A stretch of 64,000 bases of DNA from Candidatus Uhrbacteria bacterium (GTDB lineage Bacteria > Patescibacteriota > Patescibacteriia > UBA9934 > GWF2-40-263). Where the stretch lies: positions 223-64,222 of the forward strand of contig JAAZYG010000023.1 in NCBI GenBank assembly GCA_014239775.1, in the 5' to 3' direction. Of the stretch, positions 47,516 to 57,130 are shown in pieces (position 1 is the stretch's first letter; each line of letters opens with the position of its first letter). A model generated the notes under the pieces. That model had not been told where the DNA came from. It did no database searches and was given only the letters and a program-made list of their open reading frames with translations. The position numbers and the translations under genes were made by a program.

Positions 47516-48403
47516 CTATTTTTTAGCTTTCACCACTGAATTAATGGCAAATTTTATGATCAGATCAGCTATGTCTATATTTGTAATCTTTTGCAATTCC
47601 TTAAATCCTGGGTTGGAGTTAACTTCTAATATAAGAGGTCCATTATTTGATCTAATAATATCTATACCAGCAATATCGAGTTTGAATATTTTTGCAGTTC
47701 TAGTTGCTAGTTTGGTTTCTTCCCCTGTTAATTTTATCAGAGACCCAGTTCCACCATTTGATGTATTTGCACGAACATCTCCTTTACACGCTGTTCTTTT
47801 CATTGATGCAACAATTTTACCACCTACAATAAACACACGTATGTCTTGTTGATTTGCTTCACTTATATATTCTTGCACTATCATGGGATTTCCATCACGT
47901 ACAGATAGATAGTCTGCAATTGATAGTAAGGACTCTGAATCGGGTGTATAGAAAACACCTTTTCCAAGTGTGCCAAAAGCAACTTTTATAATTACTGGAA
48001 ATTTAATTTTATTCGCCGCATTTAATGCTTCTTTTGGACTCTTTGTTATGTACCAATTTGGTGTTGGTATATTAAATTCATTGAACAATACAGCTTGTAC
48101 TAATTTATTTTTGGACCATGCATAGTCATGCTGGGAGTTAAGTATCTTAAAACCAGCATTTTTAAGAAGTTTTGGCACATGACTGTGTAAGCTTGGTTCT
48201 TCTGTGAAATTAGATCTTGGAATTATGATATCTATATCATCTATTTGATCTCCATTTTCTTGTACACAATTTTTATTAAAAAGTAGTTTAGATTCATATA
48301 ATCTTACCACTTTACATGCATTATTAATTGCTGCTTTTTCCAAGGATTCAATATTGGTATATTGTTCAAGTGATTTATTTGATATTAAAATTCCAATTTT
48401 CAT
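47516..48403 (-). CDS. rimK: RimK-family ATP-grasp ligase (alpha-L-glutamate ligase-like)
   Basis: DIRVFIVGGKIVASMKRTACKGDVRANTSNGG...DIAGIDIIRSNNGPLILEVNSNPGF matches the RimK family. Confidence 0.8.
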   Translation of the reverse strand: MKIGILISNKSLEQYTNIESLEKAAINNACKVVRLYESKLLFNKNCVQENGDQIDDIDIIIPRSNFTEEPSLHSHVPKLLKNAGFKILNSQHDYAWSKNKLVQAVLFNEFNIPTPNWYITKSPKEALNAANKIKFPVIIKVAFGTLGKGVFYTPDSESLLSIADYLSVRDGNPMIVQEYISEANQQDIRVFIVGGKIVASMKRTACKGDVRANTSNGGTGSLIKLTGEETKLATRTAKIFKLDIAGIDIIRSNNGPLILEVNSNPGFKELQKITNIDIADLIIKFAINSVVKAKK

Positions 48404-48535
48404 AGTTCAAAAGTGTGTTAGATAGTAGACCAAATGTAAAGTCAATCTGTTGTGTGGATATCTGTATTAAGTACGGTGAGATTAGCAGAGAAGAGGTATT
48501 GTTTCAAGACAGTAAAGCAAGTATACTGACCACAT

Positions 48536-48925
48536 ATGAATAAAAAATCCTCAGTAAGTTATTTATACATTGCAGCGGTGTTGGTAGTTGTTGGTTTAGT
48601 TATATTTGCAGTTACAAAAGAAAAAGCCCCATCAGTATACGATGACTTTGCACAATGTATTAAGGATAATGGTGCTGTTATGTACGGCGCTTGGTGGTGT
48701 CCGCATTGTAATAATCAAAAAGAACTTTTTGGAAATTCTGTTTCATACATTGATTATGTTGAATGTTCTGAGCCTGGTTCACGTAAAATGAATCAAGTAT
48801 GTAAGGATGCAAAAGTTGAAGGGTATCCAACATGGAAGTTTGAGGATGGATCGTCTGTATCAGGTGAGCAGTCTTTAGAATATTTAGGTGAAAAAACAGG
48901 TTGTGAATTACCTACGATTAAATAG
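48536..48925 (+). CDS. Membrane-anchored thioredoxin-fold thiol-disulfide oxidoreductase (CPHC)
   Basis: N-terminal TM, WWCPHC and GYPTW. Confidence 0.7.
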   Translation: MNKKSSVSYLYIAAVLVVVGLVIFAVTKEKAPSVYDDFAQCIKDNGAVMYGAWWCPHCNNQKELFGNSVSYIDYVECSEPGSRKMNQVCKDAKVEGYPTWKFEDGSSVSGEQSLEYLGEKTGCELPTIK

Positions 48926-48927
48926 TT

Positions 48928-49377
48928 ATGGTTAAAAAAAATAAAGTTATAAAAATAATTGCAGTTGTAAGTTTGTTTGGTTTACTTATTTCCCTGTATT
49001 CATGGTTGCACAATCAAGGGTTTGCACAAGGTGAGTTTTGTAAGCTGGATGATGTGTTTGATTGTGATGTAGTTAACAAAGGTCCATTTTCTAAAATTAT
49101 GGGAATTCCAGTTTCATTGATAGGAATTTTAGGTTACGGGTTTTTGTTTGCAGGTTCTATTGTAAAGATCAAAAACATGGAGGATTATCAATTGACCTTG
49201 TTTTTATTACTTGCATCAATTGGTGGATTTACTTTTAGTTTATATTTAACAGCACTAGAAGCATTTGTTTTGAAGGCATGGTGTTTATTGTGTCTTACAT
49301 CTCAATTTATTATATTTGCGACAACAGTGTTGCTTTTAAGGATGTTTCTAGAGGAGCATAAAAAAGTAGAAAAATAA
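48928..49377 (+). CDS. Vitamin K epoxide reductase (VKOR) family protein
   Basis: Loop Cys pair Cx7C (CKLDDVFDC) and a TM CLLC active site. Confidence 0.65.
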   Translation: MVKKNKVIKIIAVVSLFGLLISLYSWLHNQGFAQGEFCKLDDVFDCDVVNKGPFSKIMGIPVSLIGILGYGFLFAGSIVKIKNMEDYQLTLFLLLASIGGFTFSLYLTALEAFVLKAWCLLCLTSQFIIFATTVLLLRMFLEEHKKVEK

Positions 49378-49380
49378 TAT

Positions 49381-50748
49381 ATGGATATTTCTTTTCACGG
49401 TGCAGTGTCTGGTGTGACAGGATCATGTCATTTATTAAATACCAAGGATTCTGATGGTAATGATTGTAATTTGTTGTTTGATTGTGGAATGTTTCAAGGT
49501 GAGCAGATGTGTAGTTCAAAAAATAGTGAAAAATTTGATTTTGATGCTAAAAAACTGCAGGGTGTTTTTGTAACACATCCACATGCTGATCATACTGGGA
49601 GATTACCTATTTTATCTAAGAATGGATATAAAGGTAAGATATATATGACACATCCATGTGTTGGTTTGAGCAAGCTTGTATTAGAGGATGCGCATCATAT
49701 TATGGTTGAGGATTCTGAAAAATGTGGTAGCAGTGTTTTGTATGAGCTTAAGGATTTGTTAACTACGTTTTCAAATGTTGAAGGTGTTAATTATCATGAG
49801 CAAATAGAAATTGCGCCAGGTGTGACCATTATGTTTCATGATGCAGGTCATGTGCTCGGATCAGCATTTATATCTGTTGAAGCAGAAGGTAAAAAGATTA
49901 TTTTTTCAGGAGATATAGGTAATGACAATGTGCCAATATTACCAGACACAGAACCAATCTCAAGTGTTGATTATGTTGTATGCGAGTCTACTTATGGTCA
50001 TCGAGTGCACGAGTCTGTCAATAAAAGGTCTGAGGTTTTAAAAGAGGTTATTTACAGAACAATTGAGAACAAATCAGTACTCATGATTCCTTCATTTTCT
50101 ATAGAGCGAACCCAAGAACTTTTATATGAACTAAATCATATTATAGGTCAAAATGCAGATATTAAGATTCCAATTTTTTTAGACAGTCCAATGGCCATAA
50201 AAGCAACGGAGCTTTATAGACACAATAGTAATTACTTGAAATTCGATACACCTATTTTAGATGAGGAAGATAGAGATTTTTTTAGTTTTCCAAATTTACG
50301 TGAGACATTATCTAGAGAAGAATCAAAAAAAATAAACAACACACCAGCACCAAAGATTATTATTGCAGGTTCAGGAATGATGAGTGGCGGGCGTATCATG
50401 CATCATTTGATTAGATATTTACCTGATCCAAAGAACACGCTGTTGATTATTGGGTATCAAGCACGTGGAACTTTAGGTAGAAAAATATACGAGGGCGCGA
50501 AAACAGTTAACATATTTAGAGAGGAGGTAAAGGTAAGGGCTACTGTAAAAGCAATGGGGTCGTTTTCTGCACATGGTGACATGCATAAATTAACAAAATG
50601 GCTTACTCCAGAGGATGGTAAGTTGCCAGAGAAGATATTGTTAGTTCATGGTGATCAAGAGGCTAAAGAGGTTTTTGCGACACATTTACGTCATGAGTTT
50701 AGAACCGATGTGATTATTCCAAAATATGGTGAAAAACACAGTTTGTAA
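49381..50748 (+). CDS. MBL-fold beta-CASP family hydrolase (RNA-processing nuclease type)
   Basis: HPHADHTG with downstream beta-CASP motifs and a C-terminal HGD. Confidence 0.7.
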   Translation: MDISFHGAVSGVTGSCHLLNTKDSDGNDCNLLFDCGMFQGEQMCSSKNSEKFDFDAKKLQGVFVTHPHADHTGRLPILSKNGYKGKIYMTHPCVGLSKLVLEDAHHIMVEDSEKCGSSVLYELKDLLTTFSNVEGVNYHEQIEIAPGVTIMFHDAGHVLGSAFISVEAEGKKIIFSGDIGNDNVPILPDTEPISSVDYVVCESTYGHRVHESVNKRSEVLKEVIYRTIENKSVLMIPSFSIERTQELLYELNHIIGQNADIKIPIFLDSPMAIKATELYRHNSNYLKFDTPILDEEDRDFFSFPNLRETLSREESKKINNTPAPKIIIAGSGMMSGGRIMHHLIRYLPDPKNTLLIIGYQARGTLGRKIYEGAKTVNIFREEVKVRATVKAMGSFSAHGDMHKLTKWLTPEDGKLPEKILLVHGDQEAKEVFATHLRHEFRTDVIIPKYGEKHSL

Positions 50749-50760
50749 TAGTATATATAA

Positions 50761-50786
50761 AAACATGTCTAGTAGGCATGTTTTTT
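50761..50786 (+). terminator. Rho-independent terminator
   Basis: aacatg...catgtt stem followed by a T5 run. Confidence 0.5.
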
Positions 50787-50854
50787 GATTTTTATACCAT
50801 GTTTATATAAGGTATCGTCTGGGAGAGACGTTTTCATTTAGGAGTACCTTAACA

Positions 50855-52099
50855 ATGAAAAAAGATAAACATCAACTAGGTCAACAGACTTTAGCTGTTC
50901 ATAGTGGTTACAGTCCAGAGCGGTCAGAGGGCTCGTTAAAGGTGCCTCTGTTTGCTACATCAACATTCGTTGCAGAGTCTGCTGAAGAACTTGCTCATTG
51001 GTTTGAACAAGCATATGGATTAAATAGTGAGCCTTGTGTTCCTGATGGCTTGTTCTATTCACGTGTAGCAAATCCAAATCTAGAAATTTGCGAACAAAGA
51101 TTGGCAAGTTTTGAGTCTTCAGAAAGTGCAGTTCTGTTTTCTAGTGGCATGAGTGCAATTCAAACTGCATTTTTTACCTTTTTAAAGCCAGGGGACACTG
51201 TAATGTTCAGTGAGCCTGTCTATGGAGGTACAGATTATTTATTGAGAAATATCTTACCTGCATGGGGTGTAAGGACTGTTGGTTTTCCTATTCATACCAA
51301 AAAGAACGATTTTAAAAGGTTGTTGCAAAAAACTGACGATGTACGTGTTGTATACATGGAAAGTCCTTGTAATCCAACATTGTTATTGGCAGAAGTTCCT
51401 GGAATTACTAAATACTCACATGAACATAACGAAGATATAGTTGTTATGGTTGATAATACTATACTGGGACCAATTATTCAGAAGGTTTTGTGTTTTGGTG
51501 TTGACTTAAGTATCTACTCAGCAACTAAGTCAATTGGTGGTCACTGTGATTTAAATGCTGGTCTTATTCTGGGCTCACGACATAAGATTAGTAAGCTTAA
51601 GGCAATGCGTACTATTTTTGGTAATATGGCCTCACCTCATACAGCGTGGTTGCTTACACGAAGCATTGATACATTGCGGATTAGAACAAAAGAGGCAATT
51701 TCCAGTGCAATGAAGGTTGCTACTTTTTTACACAAACACAAAAATATTAACAAAGTACTTTATCCAGGATTTGAGCAGCCTAAGGTTCAAATGAGTCGTG
51801 CCAGGAAACAGTGTAATTATATTGGTTATTCTGGTGGGTCACTGTTATCATTTTGTGTTAAGGGTGGTCAAGATGAAGCGTATAAGGTACTTAATGCACT
51901 TAATGTCATCAAGTTGGCTGTGTCACTTGGTGGTACGCAATCGCTTGCAGAGCATCCGCGAACGCACACTCATGCGGATGTACCGATTGAAGATCAGAAT
52001 AAATTCGGTATTTCACCGTCAATGATTAGATTGTCTGTAGGTCAGGAAAATGTTAGGGACATTATTTATGATCTTTCTCAGGCTCTTAATCAAATCTAA
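50855..52099 (+). CDS. PLP-dependent Cys/Met-metabolism enzyme (cystathionine gamma-synthase/beta-lyase/Met gamma-lyase family)
   Basis: SATKSIGGHCDLNAGL, the family PLP-lysine motif. Confidence 0.75.
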   Translation: MKKDKHQLGQQTLAVHSGYSPERSEGSLKVPLFATSTFVAESAEELAHWFEQAYGLNSEPCVPDGLFYSRVANPNLEICEQRLASFESSESAVLFSSGMSAIQTAFFTFLKPGDTVMFSEPVYGGTDYLLRNILPAWGVRTVGFPIHTKKNDFKRLLQKTDDVRVVYMESPCNPTLLLAEVPGITKYSHEHNEDIVVMVDNTILGPIIQKVLCFGVDLSIYSATKSIGGHCDLNAGLILGSRHKISKLKAMRTIFGNMASPHTAWLLTRSIDTLRIRTKEAISSAMKVATFLHKHKNINKVLYPGFEQPKVQMSRARKQCNYIGYSGGSLLSFCVKGGQDEAYKVLNALNVIKLAVSLGGTQSLAEHPRTHTHADVPIEDQNKFGISPSMIRLSVGQENVRDIIYDLSQALNQI

Positions 52100-52102
52100 A
52101 GA

Positions 52103-52127
52103 CTACATCTTGTGGTCTTTTTTATTT
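52103..52127. terminator. Weak bidirectional hairpin between convergent genes
   Basis: agactaca-tct-tgtggtct followed by a T6 run. Confidence 0.3.
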
Positions 52128-52130
52128 TAA

Positions 52131-52958
52131 TCAGTGATCCTTATGAACATTGTGGGCTGTATCGTGATTTATGTCCTTATGAACATTGTGGGCTGTATTG
52201 TGATTTAGTAGCGCACTTACTCCAAACAACAGAAGCATTCCAAGGACAGCCCATAGTAATATTTGCATTGCTGTTGTTGGTTTTTTAATTCCTTTTAATG
52301 ATCTTGGGAATAGATCAACTAGTACAGTTAAAAAGAATATTCCGGCAGCAAAACCTAATAGTACAGAGGTGGCTGTGTCTGATCCTGTAAGAAAAAATCC
52401 TCCAATTGCACCAATGAAGACAGTTGATGCTGTAAGAGCATTCAAGGTTATTGCTTGTCTTGTTGTATATCCTGCTTCCTTTAGTACAACAAACTCAGAT
52501 ATTTCTTGTATAAATTCATGGATGATTATTCCAATTGTAGTGGCTATACCAAGTTTGATATCAATAATAAATGTAGGAGCAAGAAGTACCCCATCAGCTA
52601 TGTTATGAATTGCATCACCTATAAGTAGTTTCTTTGCTGCTATTTTATCATGTTCATGATTATCGTCATGATGATGATGTTCGTGGCTTTCTGGTAAGAT
52701 CCAACCGACAAAGTACGCAATTGCTGCACCTATAAAAATAAACAACACCGCATAAAAGATTGAGGGGGCGTGATTAATTGTTTCATGTGTTAGGTTTATT
52801 GCTACTAATAAAAAAACACCAGCAGAAAAACTCATAAGGTGTCTCATGTGATGTTTTGTCCACTCATGTAGGTTTTTTGTAAATAAAATCAACCCAGACA
52901 AGGAAATAAGCATTATAGCTAATGCAGCGGCAAGTACAGATAAAATGATTTCAATCAT
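52131..52958 (-). CDS. ZIP family metal (Zn/Fe) permease, ZupT-like, His-rich loop and His-rich C-tail
   Basis: HEHHHHDDNHEHD loop and LLIGDAIHNIADGV...IIIHEF. Confidence 0.75.
   Translation of the reverse strand: MIEIILSVLAAALAIMLISLSGLILFTKNLHEWTKHHMRHLMSFSAGVFLLVAINLTHETINHAPSIFYAVLFIFIGAAIAYFVGWILPESHEHHHHDDNHEHDKIAAKKLLIGDAIHNIADGVLLAPTFIIDIKLGIATTIGIIIHEFIQEISEFVVLKEAGYTTRQAITLNALTASTVFIGAIGGFFLTGSDTATSVLLGFAAGIFFLTVLVDLFPRSLKGIKKPTTAMQILLWAVLGMLLLFGVSALLNHNTAHNVHKDINHDTAHNVHKDH
52138..52207. repeat. Perfect-but-one 36-bp tandem duplication (2 copies) inside 3' end of ZIP gene
   Basis: tccttatgaacattgtgggctgtat(c/t)gtgattta repeated twice; it encodes HDTAHNVHKD twice. Confidence 0.8.
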
Positions 52959-52998
52959 GTTAGACAGTTATAGGTATTTTAGTTAGGATAATATAATT

Positions 52999-54792
52999 AT
53001 GACTGATCAAAATAATATACGCAACTTTTCGATTATTGCACATATTGATCACGGTAAGTCTACATTAGCAGACCGACTTTTGGAATTAACTGGTACAGTT
53101 GAGATGAGAAAGATGCAAAGTCAGATTTTGGATTCGATGGATCTTGAGAGAGAAAAGGGTATTACAATAAAACTTGCGCCAGCACGCATGTCTTATAAGG
53201 ATCATACTTTGAACCTGATTGATACACCAGGGCATGTAGATTTTAACTATGAAGTATCTCGTGCACTTGCTGCGGTAGAGGGTGCAATTTTATTGGTTGA
53301 TTCTACACAAGGTGTTCAGGCACAAACTATTGGAAATTTATATCTGGCAATTGAGGAAAATCTAGAGATCATACCAGTGTTAAATAAGATAGATTTACCA
53401 GCAGCTGATGTTGAAGCTAGAACAGAAGAGATTGTTCAGTTGATTGGCTGTAATCCCAAGGATGTGTTGAGTGTAAGTGCAAAGACAGGTGAAGGTGTTC
53501 TTGAGTTATTAGATGAGATCATTAAAAGAATTCCTGCACCTAATGGAGGAGTTGAATCTTCGCCACGGGCGTTAATATTCGACTCATTTTACGATGATTA
53601 CCGAGGTGTTATGGCATACATTCGTGTTCAGGATGGAATTTTATCAAAAGGTGATCGTATAAAAATGATGGCAACCAGCAAGGAGGCTGATATTTTAGAG
53701 ATAGGAGCTGTAACTCCTGTAGGTCTTGTGTCCTCAAAAGTCTTGGGGACAGGTCAGATAGGATATTTGGTGACAGGTTTAAAGGACATAGGTACATGTA
53801 GAGTTGGAGACACAATTACAAGTAGCAAAAAATCTGCAGAAGATGCACTTTCAGGATACAAAGAGGTTAAGCCAATGGTTTATGCTGGAATTTTTCCAAA
53901 AGAGGGAAATGACTTTCAGAAATTACGTGATGCACTTGATAGATTAAAATTAAGTGATGCGTCATTGGCGTCAGAATCAGAACACTCTCCTGCACTAGGT
54001 TATGGATTCCGCGTTGGATTACTAGGAATGCTTCATTTAGAGATTTTAAAAGAAAGACTTGAACGTGAGTTTAATGTTGATTTAGTTGTAACAGTACCAT
54101 CTGTTGCATACAGAATTTATGTACGTTCTGGTGCAGAGAGTATAATTAAAAGTGCGCTAGAGCTTCCTGATCCGTCTCATATTGATCGGATTGAAGAACC
54201 TTGGGTAAAATTAGACATTGTTTCTCCAAGTGATTACATTGGTTCAATAATGCAGATGATTCAAGACAGAAGAGGTGTTTATAAGAATACAGAGTATCTT
54301 TCTGGTAATCGTGCAATTTTGCATTATGAAATTCCATTATCGATGATAATTGTTGATTTTTATGACAAGTTAAAAGGTGTTACTGCAGGTTATGCATCAA
54401 TGAATTATGAGATTATAAATTATAGAGAAGCAAATGTTGTACGAATGGATATTATGGTTGCTGAAGATGTTGTAGATGCGTTTTCAACTTTGGTTTATAG
54501 GGACGAGGCTGAAAAATCAGGCAAGAGAATCGTAAGATCTTTAAAGGATTCTATTCCACGGCAAAACTTTGTAATTAAACTTCAGGCTGCAGTTGGTGGT
54601 AAAATAGTAGCTGGTGAGAGGATTTCTGCATTACGTAAGGATGTTACAGCTAAACTATATGGTGGAGACGTTACAAGAAAACGTAAATTATTAGATAAAC
54701 AAAAGAAAGGAAAAGCAAAAATGGCCGCATTTGGTAAGGGACGTGTTAATATACCTACAGATGCGTATTTAAAAGTTTTAAAAAGAGAATAA
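52999..54792 (+). CDS. lepA: Elongation factor 4
   Basis: NFSIIAHIDHGKSTLADRLL and the LepA C-terminal domain. Confidence 0.9.
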   Translation: MTDQNNIRNFSIIAHIDHGKSTLADRLLELTGTVEMRKMQSQILDSMDLEREKGITIKLAPARMSYKDHTLNLIDTPGHVDFNYEVSRALAAVEGAILLVDSTQGVQAQTIGNLYLAIEENLEIIPVLNKIDLPAADVEARTEEIVQLIGCNPKDVLSVSAKTGEGVLELLDEIIKRIPAPNGGVESSPRALIFDSFYDDYRGVMAYIRVQDGILSKGDRIKMMATSKEADILEIGAVTPVGLVSSKVLGTGQIGYLVTGLKDIGTCRVGDTITSSKKSAEDALSGYKEVKPMVYAGIFPKEGNDFQKLRDALDRLKLSDASLASESEHSPALGYGFRVGLLGMLHLEILKERLEREFNVDLVVTVPSVAYRIYVRSGAESIIKSALELPDPSHIDRIEEPWVKLDIVSPSDYIGSIMQMIQDRRGVYKNTEYLSGNRAILHYEIPLSMIIVDFYDKLKGVTAGYASMNYEIINYREANVVRMDIMVAEDVVDAFSTLVYRDEAEKSGKRIVRSLKDSIPRQNFVIKLQAAVGGKIVAGERISALRKDVTAKLYGGDVTRKRKLLDKQKKGKAKMAAFGKGRVNIPTDAYLKVLKRE

Positions 54793-54793
54793 T

Positions 54794-54889
54794 ATGAAAA
54801 AAAGTAAAGGTGTTAGAATCTTTTGGGCAGTTGTTGGAATTATGGTTATAGTTTCAATGGTTATGTTTACTGTTGCATTAGGTTTTTAA
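54794..54889 (+). CDS. 31-aa single-TM micro-protein (MKKSKGVRIFWAVVGIMVIVSMVMFTVALGF), starts 2 nt after lepA stop
   Basis: ORF below the track cutoff, tightly coupled to lepA. Confidence 0.3.
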   Translation: MKKSKGVRIFWAVVGIMVIVSMVMFTVALGF

Positions 54890-54945
54890 ACTTAAATCTA
54901 GAGTTGGGCTTGTGTTTATACGAGCCTACATCTAGCTTTAAGTGA

Positions 54946-56679
54946 ATGATCACAGAAAAACGTTGGATTGTAGCAAGTCCCATTACTAGTGAAATTATAA
55001 ATAAATATCCGGCTATTAATCCGGTTGTTTTGCAGTTGCTTTGGAATCGTGAAATACGTACACAAGAAGATATTGATTTGTTTTTAGGGCCTAATTGGGA
55101 TATGCACATTCATTCTCCGTTTTTATTTACTCAAATGAATGAGGCTGTGGAGCGTACTTTTGAAGCCTTGAAAAACAATGAGGCAATAGTTGTGCACGGT
55201 GATTATGATGCAGATGGTGTCTGTGGTTCTACTGTTTTAATAAAGATGCTCAGAGACATGTGTCGTGGTTTTGGTTATGATGAATCAAGATTATATTCAT
55301 ATATTCCAGATAGAGAGAAGGAAGGGTATGGGATGTCTATTGATACAATTAAAAAAATCAAAGTAGATTGGGATACTTCTTTGGTAATAACTGTGGATTG
55401 CGGTATTAGTAATAAAGACGCCATAGATTACGGTAAAACTATAGGAATAGATACAATTGTATGTGATCATCATACAATTCCTGCTGAGCTTCCTGATGCA
55501 ATACTCATTCATCCATTAGTCGAAGGTGAGACTTATCCAAATAAAAAATTATGTGGTACTGGCGTAGCTTTTAAATTTGCATGTGCAATGTATGAGCACG
55601 CTCGAGATATTGGTGGTGATATAAAGATTGGTGAGGAGAAATGGCTACTTGATCTTGTTGCAATTGCGACTGTAACAGATGTCATGCAGCTTGTAGGTGA
55701 AAATAGAGTTTTGGAAAAGTATGGTTTGATGGTTTTAAATAAGACAAAAAGAATAGGTTTAATTAAGCTTGTTGAGGTTGCTGGTGGAAAGATGGGTGAA
55801 CTAGATACTATGTCAGTTGGGTTTATGATTGGTCCTAGGATAAATGCTGCTGGAAGAATGCAAAATGCGTCAAAGGCCCTAGATTTACTTTTAGAGGAGG
55901 ATGAGGATAAGGCTGGAATTATGGCGCGTGAATTAGATAAAATAAACAAAGACAGGCAAAAGGTCTCAAGAGAAATTTGTAAGCAGGCAATAGACATGGT
56001 TGAAAGTAAAGAAAAAAAGAGTTTGTCTATTGTTGTTGGTGATGGCTGGCCTGCTGGGTTGATAGGTTTGGTTGCTGGTAAATTAGTTACAGAATATCAG
56101 AGACCAGCATATGTAGTTACAAAGGAAGGTGAGAAATATGTAGGTTCAGGGCGTACAATTAAAGGTTTTGATGTAACTGCAGCATTGCGTGTAGCATCTG
56201 ATTATTTGGATAAGTTCGGCGGTCATCCTGAGGCGTGTGGGTTTACAACTACAGGAGATGAGAGGTTTGATAAGTTGTGTGAGTCATTGTTTGAATCAGC
56301 AGATAGTATTATCACAGATGAAATGATTAATCCGTCCATAGATATTGATTCAATACTTGATCTTTCTGATATAAGTTGGAATTTAATTGCAGATTTAGAG
56401 GTGTGTAGGCCATTTGGTTGTGGTAATACAAGACCATTGTTTGCTTCTGAAAATGTTCGTATTGTTAATATGGATTGTGTTGGTTCCGAAGATCAGCATT
56501 TGAGGCTGACCGTTCAGTCTGGAAATGGTAAAATGATTAAGATGATAGGTTTTAGGTTTGGAGAATATTTACAAAAGCTATCTATTGGTAAAGAATTTGG
56601 TTTTGTATATGAAATTGATGTGAATGAATGGAGAGGAAGAAGAGAGATTCAATTAAGAATTGTTGATATAAAAACATGA
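54946..56679 (+). CDS. recJ: Single-stranded-DNA-specific exonuclease RecJ
   Basis: DHH motifs HGDYDADGV, DCGI and DHH, with a DHHA1 domain and a C-terminal OB fold. Confidence 0.85.
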   Translation: MITEKRWIVASPITSEIINKYPAINPVVLQLLWNREIRTQEDIDLFLGPNWDMHIHSPFLFTQMNEAVERTFEALKNNEAIVVHGDYDADGVCGSTVLIKMLRDMCRGFGYDESRLYSYIPDREKEGYGMSIDTIKKIKVDWDTSLVITVDCGISNKDAIDYGKTIGIDTIVCDHHTIPAELPDAILIHPLVEGETYPNKKLCGTGVAFKFACAMYEHARDIGGDIKIGEEKWLLDLVAIATVTDVMQLVGENRVLEKYGLMVLNKTKRIGLIKLVEVAGGKMGELDTMSVGFMIGPRINAAGRMQNASKALDLLLEEDEDKAGIMARELDKINKDRQKVSREICKQAIDMVESKEKKSLSIVVGDGWPAGLIGLVAGKLVTEYQRPAYVVTKEGEKYVGSGRTIKGFDVTAALRVASDYLDKFGGHPEACGFTTTGDERFDKLCESLFESADSIITDEMINPSIDIDSILDLSDISWNLIADLEVCRPFGCGNTRPLFASENVRIVNMDCVGSEDQHLRLTVQSGNGKMIKMIGFRFGEYLQKLSIGKEFGFVYEIDVNEWRGRREIQLRIVDIKT

Positions 56680-57092
56680 AGTTAAGAATATATACAGATG
56701 GTGGATCACGTGGCAATCCTGGTCCTGCAGCATCCGGTGCTGTTTTAAAGGAGCTTGTTGATGGAAAAGAAGGTGAGGTTATTGCAACTGAATCTAAGTA
56801 TTTAGGAGAAACAACAAACAATCAAGCAGAATACGTTGCTATTATTATTGGTCTTGGTAGAGCAAAGAAATTAGGTGTAAAACATGTAGAGGTTTATATG
56901 GACTCAGAATTAGCAACAAAGCAGCTTAATGGTGTGTATAAAGTTAAGAATCCTGGAATTGCAGAAAGATTTTTAGAGGTAAAAAATTTAATGCATAGTT
57001 TTAAAACAGTTACGTTTAAACATGTTTATCGCGAACAAAACACGGAAGCAGACGCTATTGTTAATCATGTTTTAGACAACGAGTTAAAATAA
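56676..57092 (+). CDS. rnhA: Ribonuclease HI
   Basis: IYTDGGSRGNPGPAASG...TNNQAEY...VYMDSE. Confidence 0.85.
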   Translation: MKLRIYTDGGSRGNPGPAASGAVLKELVDGKEGEVIATESKYLGETTNNQAEYVAIIIGLGRAKKLGVKHVEVYMDSELATKQLNGVYKVKNPGIAERFLEVKNLMHSFKTVTFKHVYREQNTEADAIVNHVLDNELK

Positions 57093-57130
57093 GTACCAAA
57101 GAGCTTTCTATTTTGGTATAATCTTTTTAT

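Noticed and set aside
55533-55997. 154-aa Ser-rich minus-strand ORF inside recJ
   Set aside because: Low-complexity shadow ORF opposite a conserved DHH-family gene.
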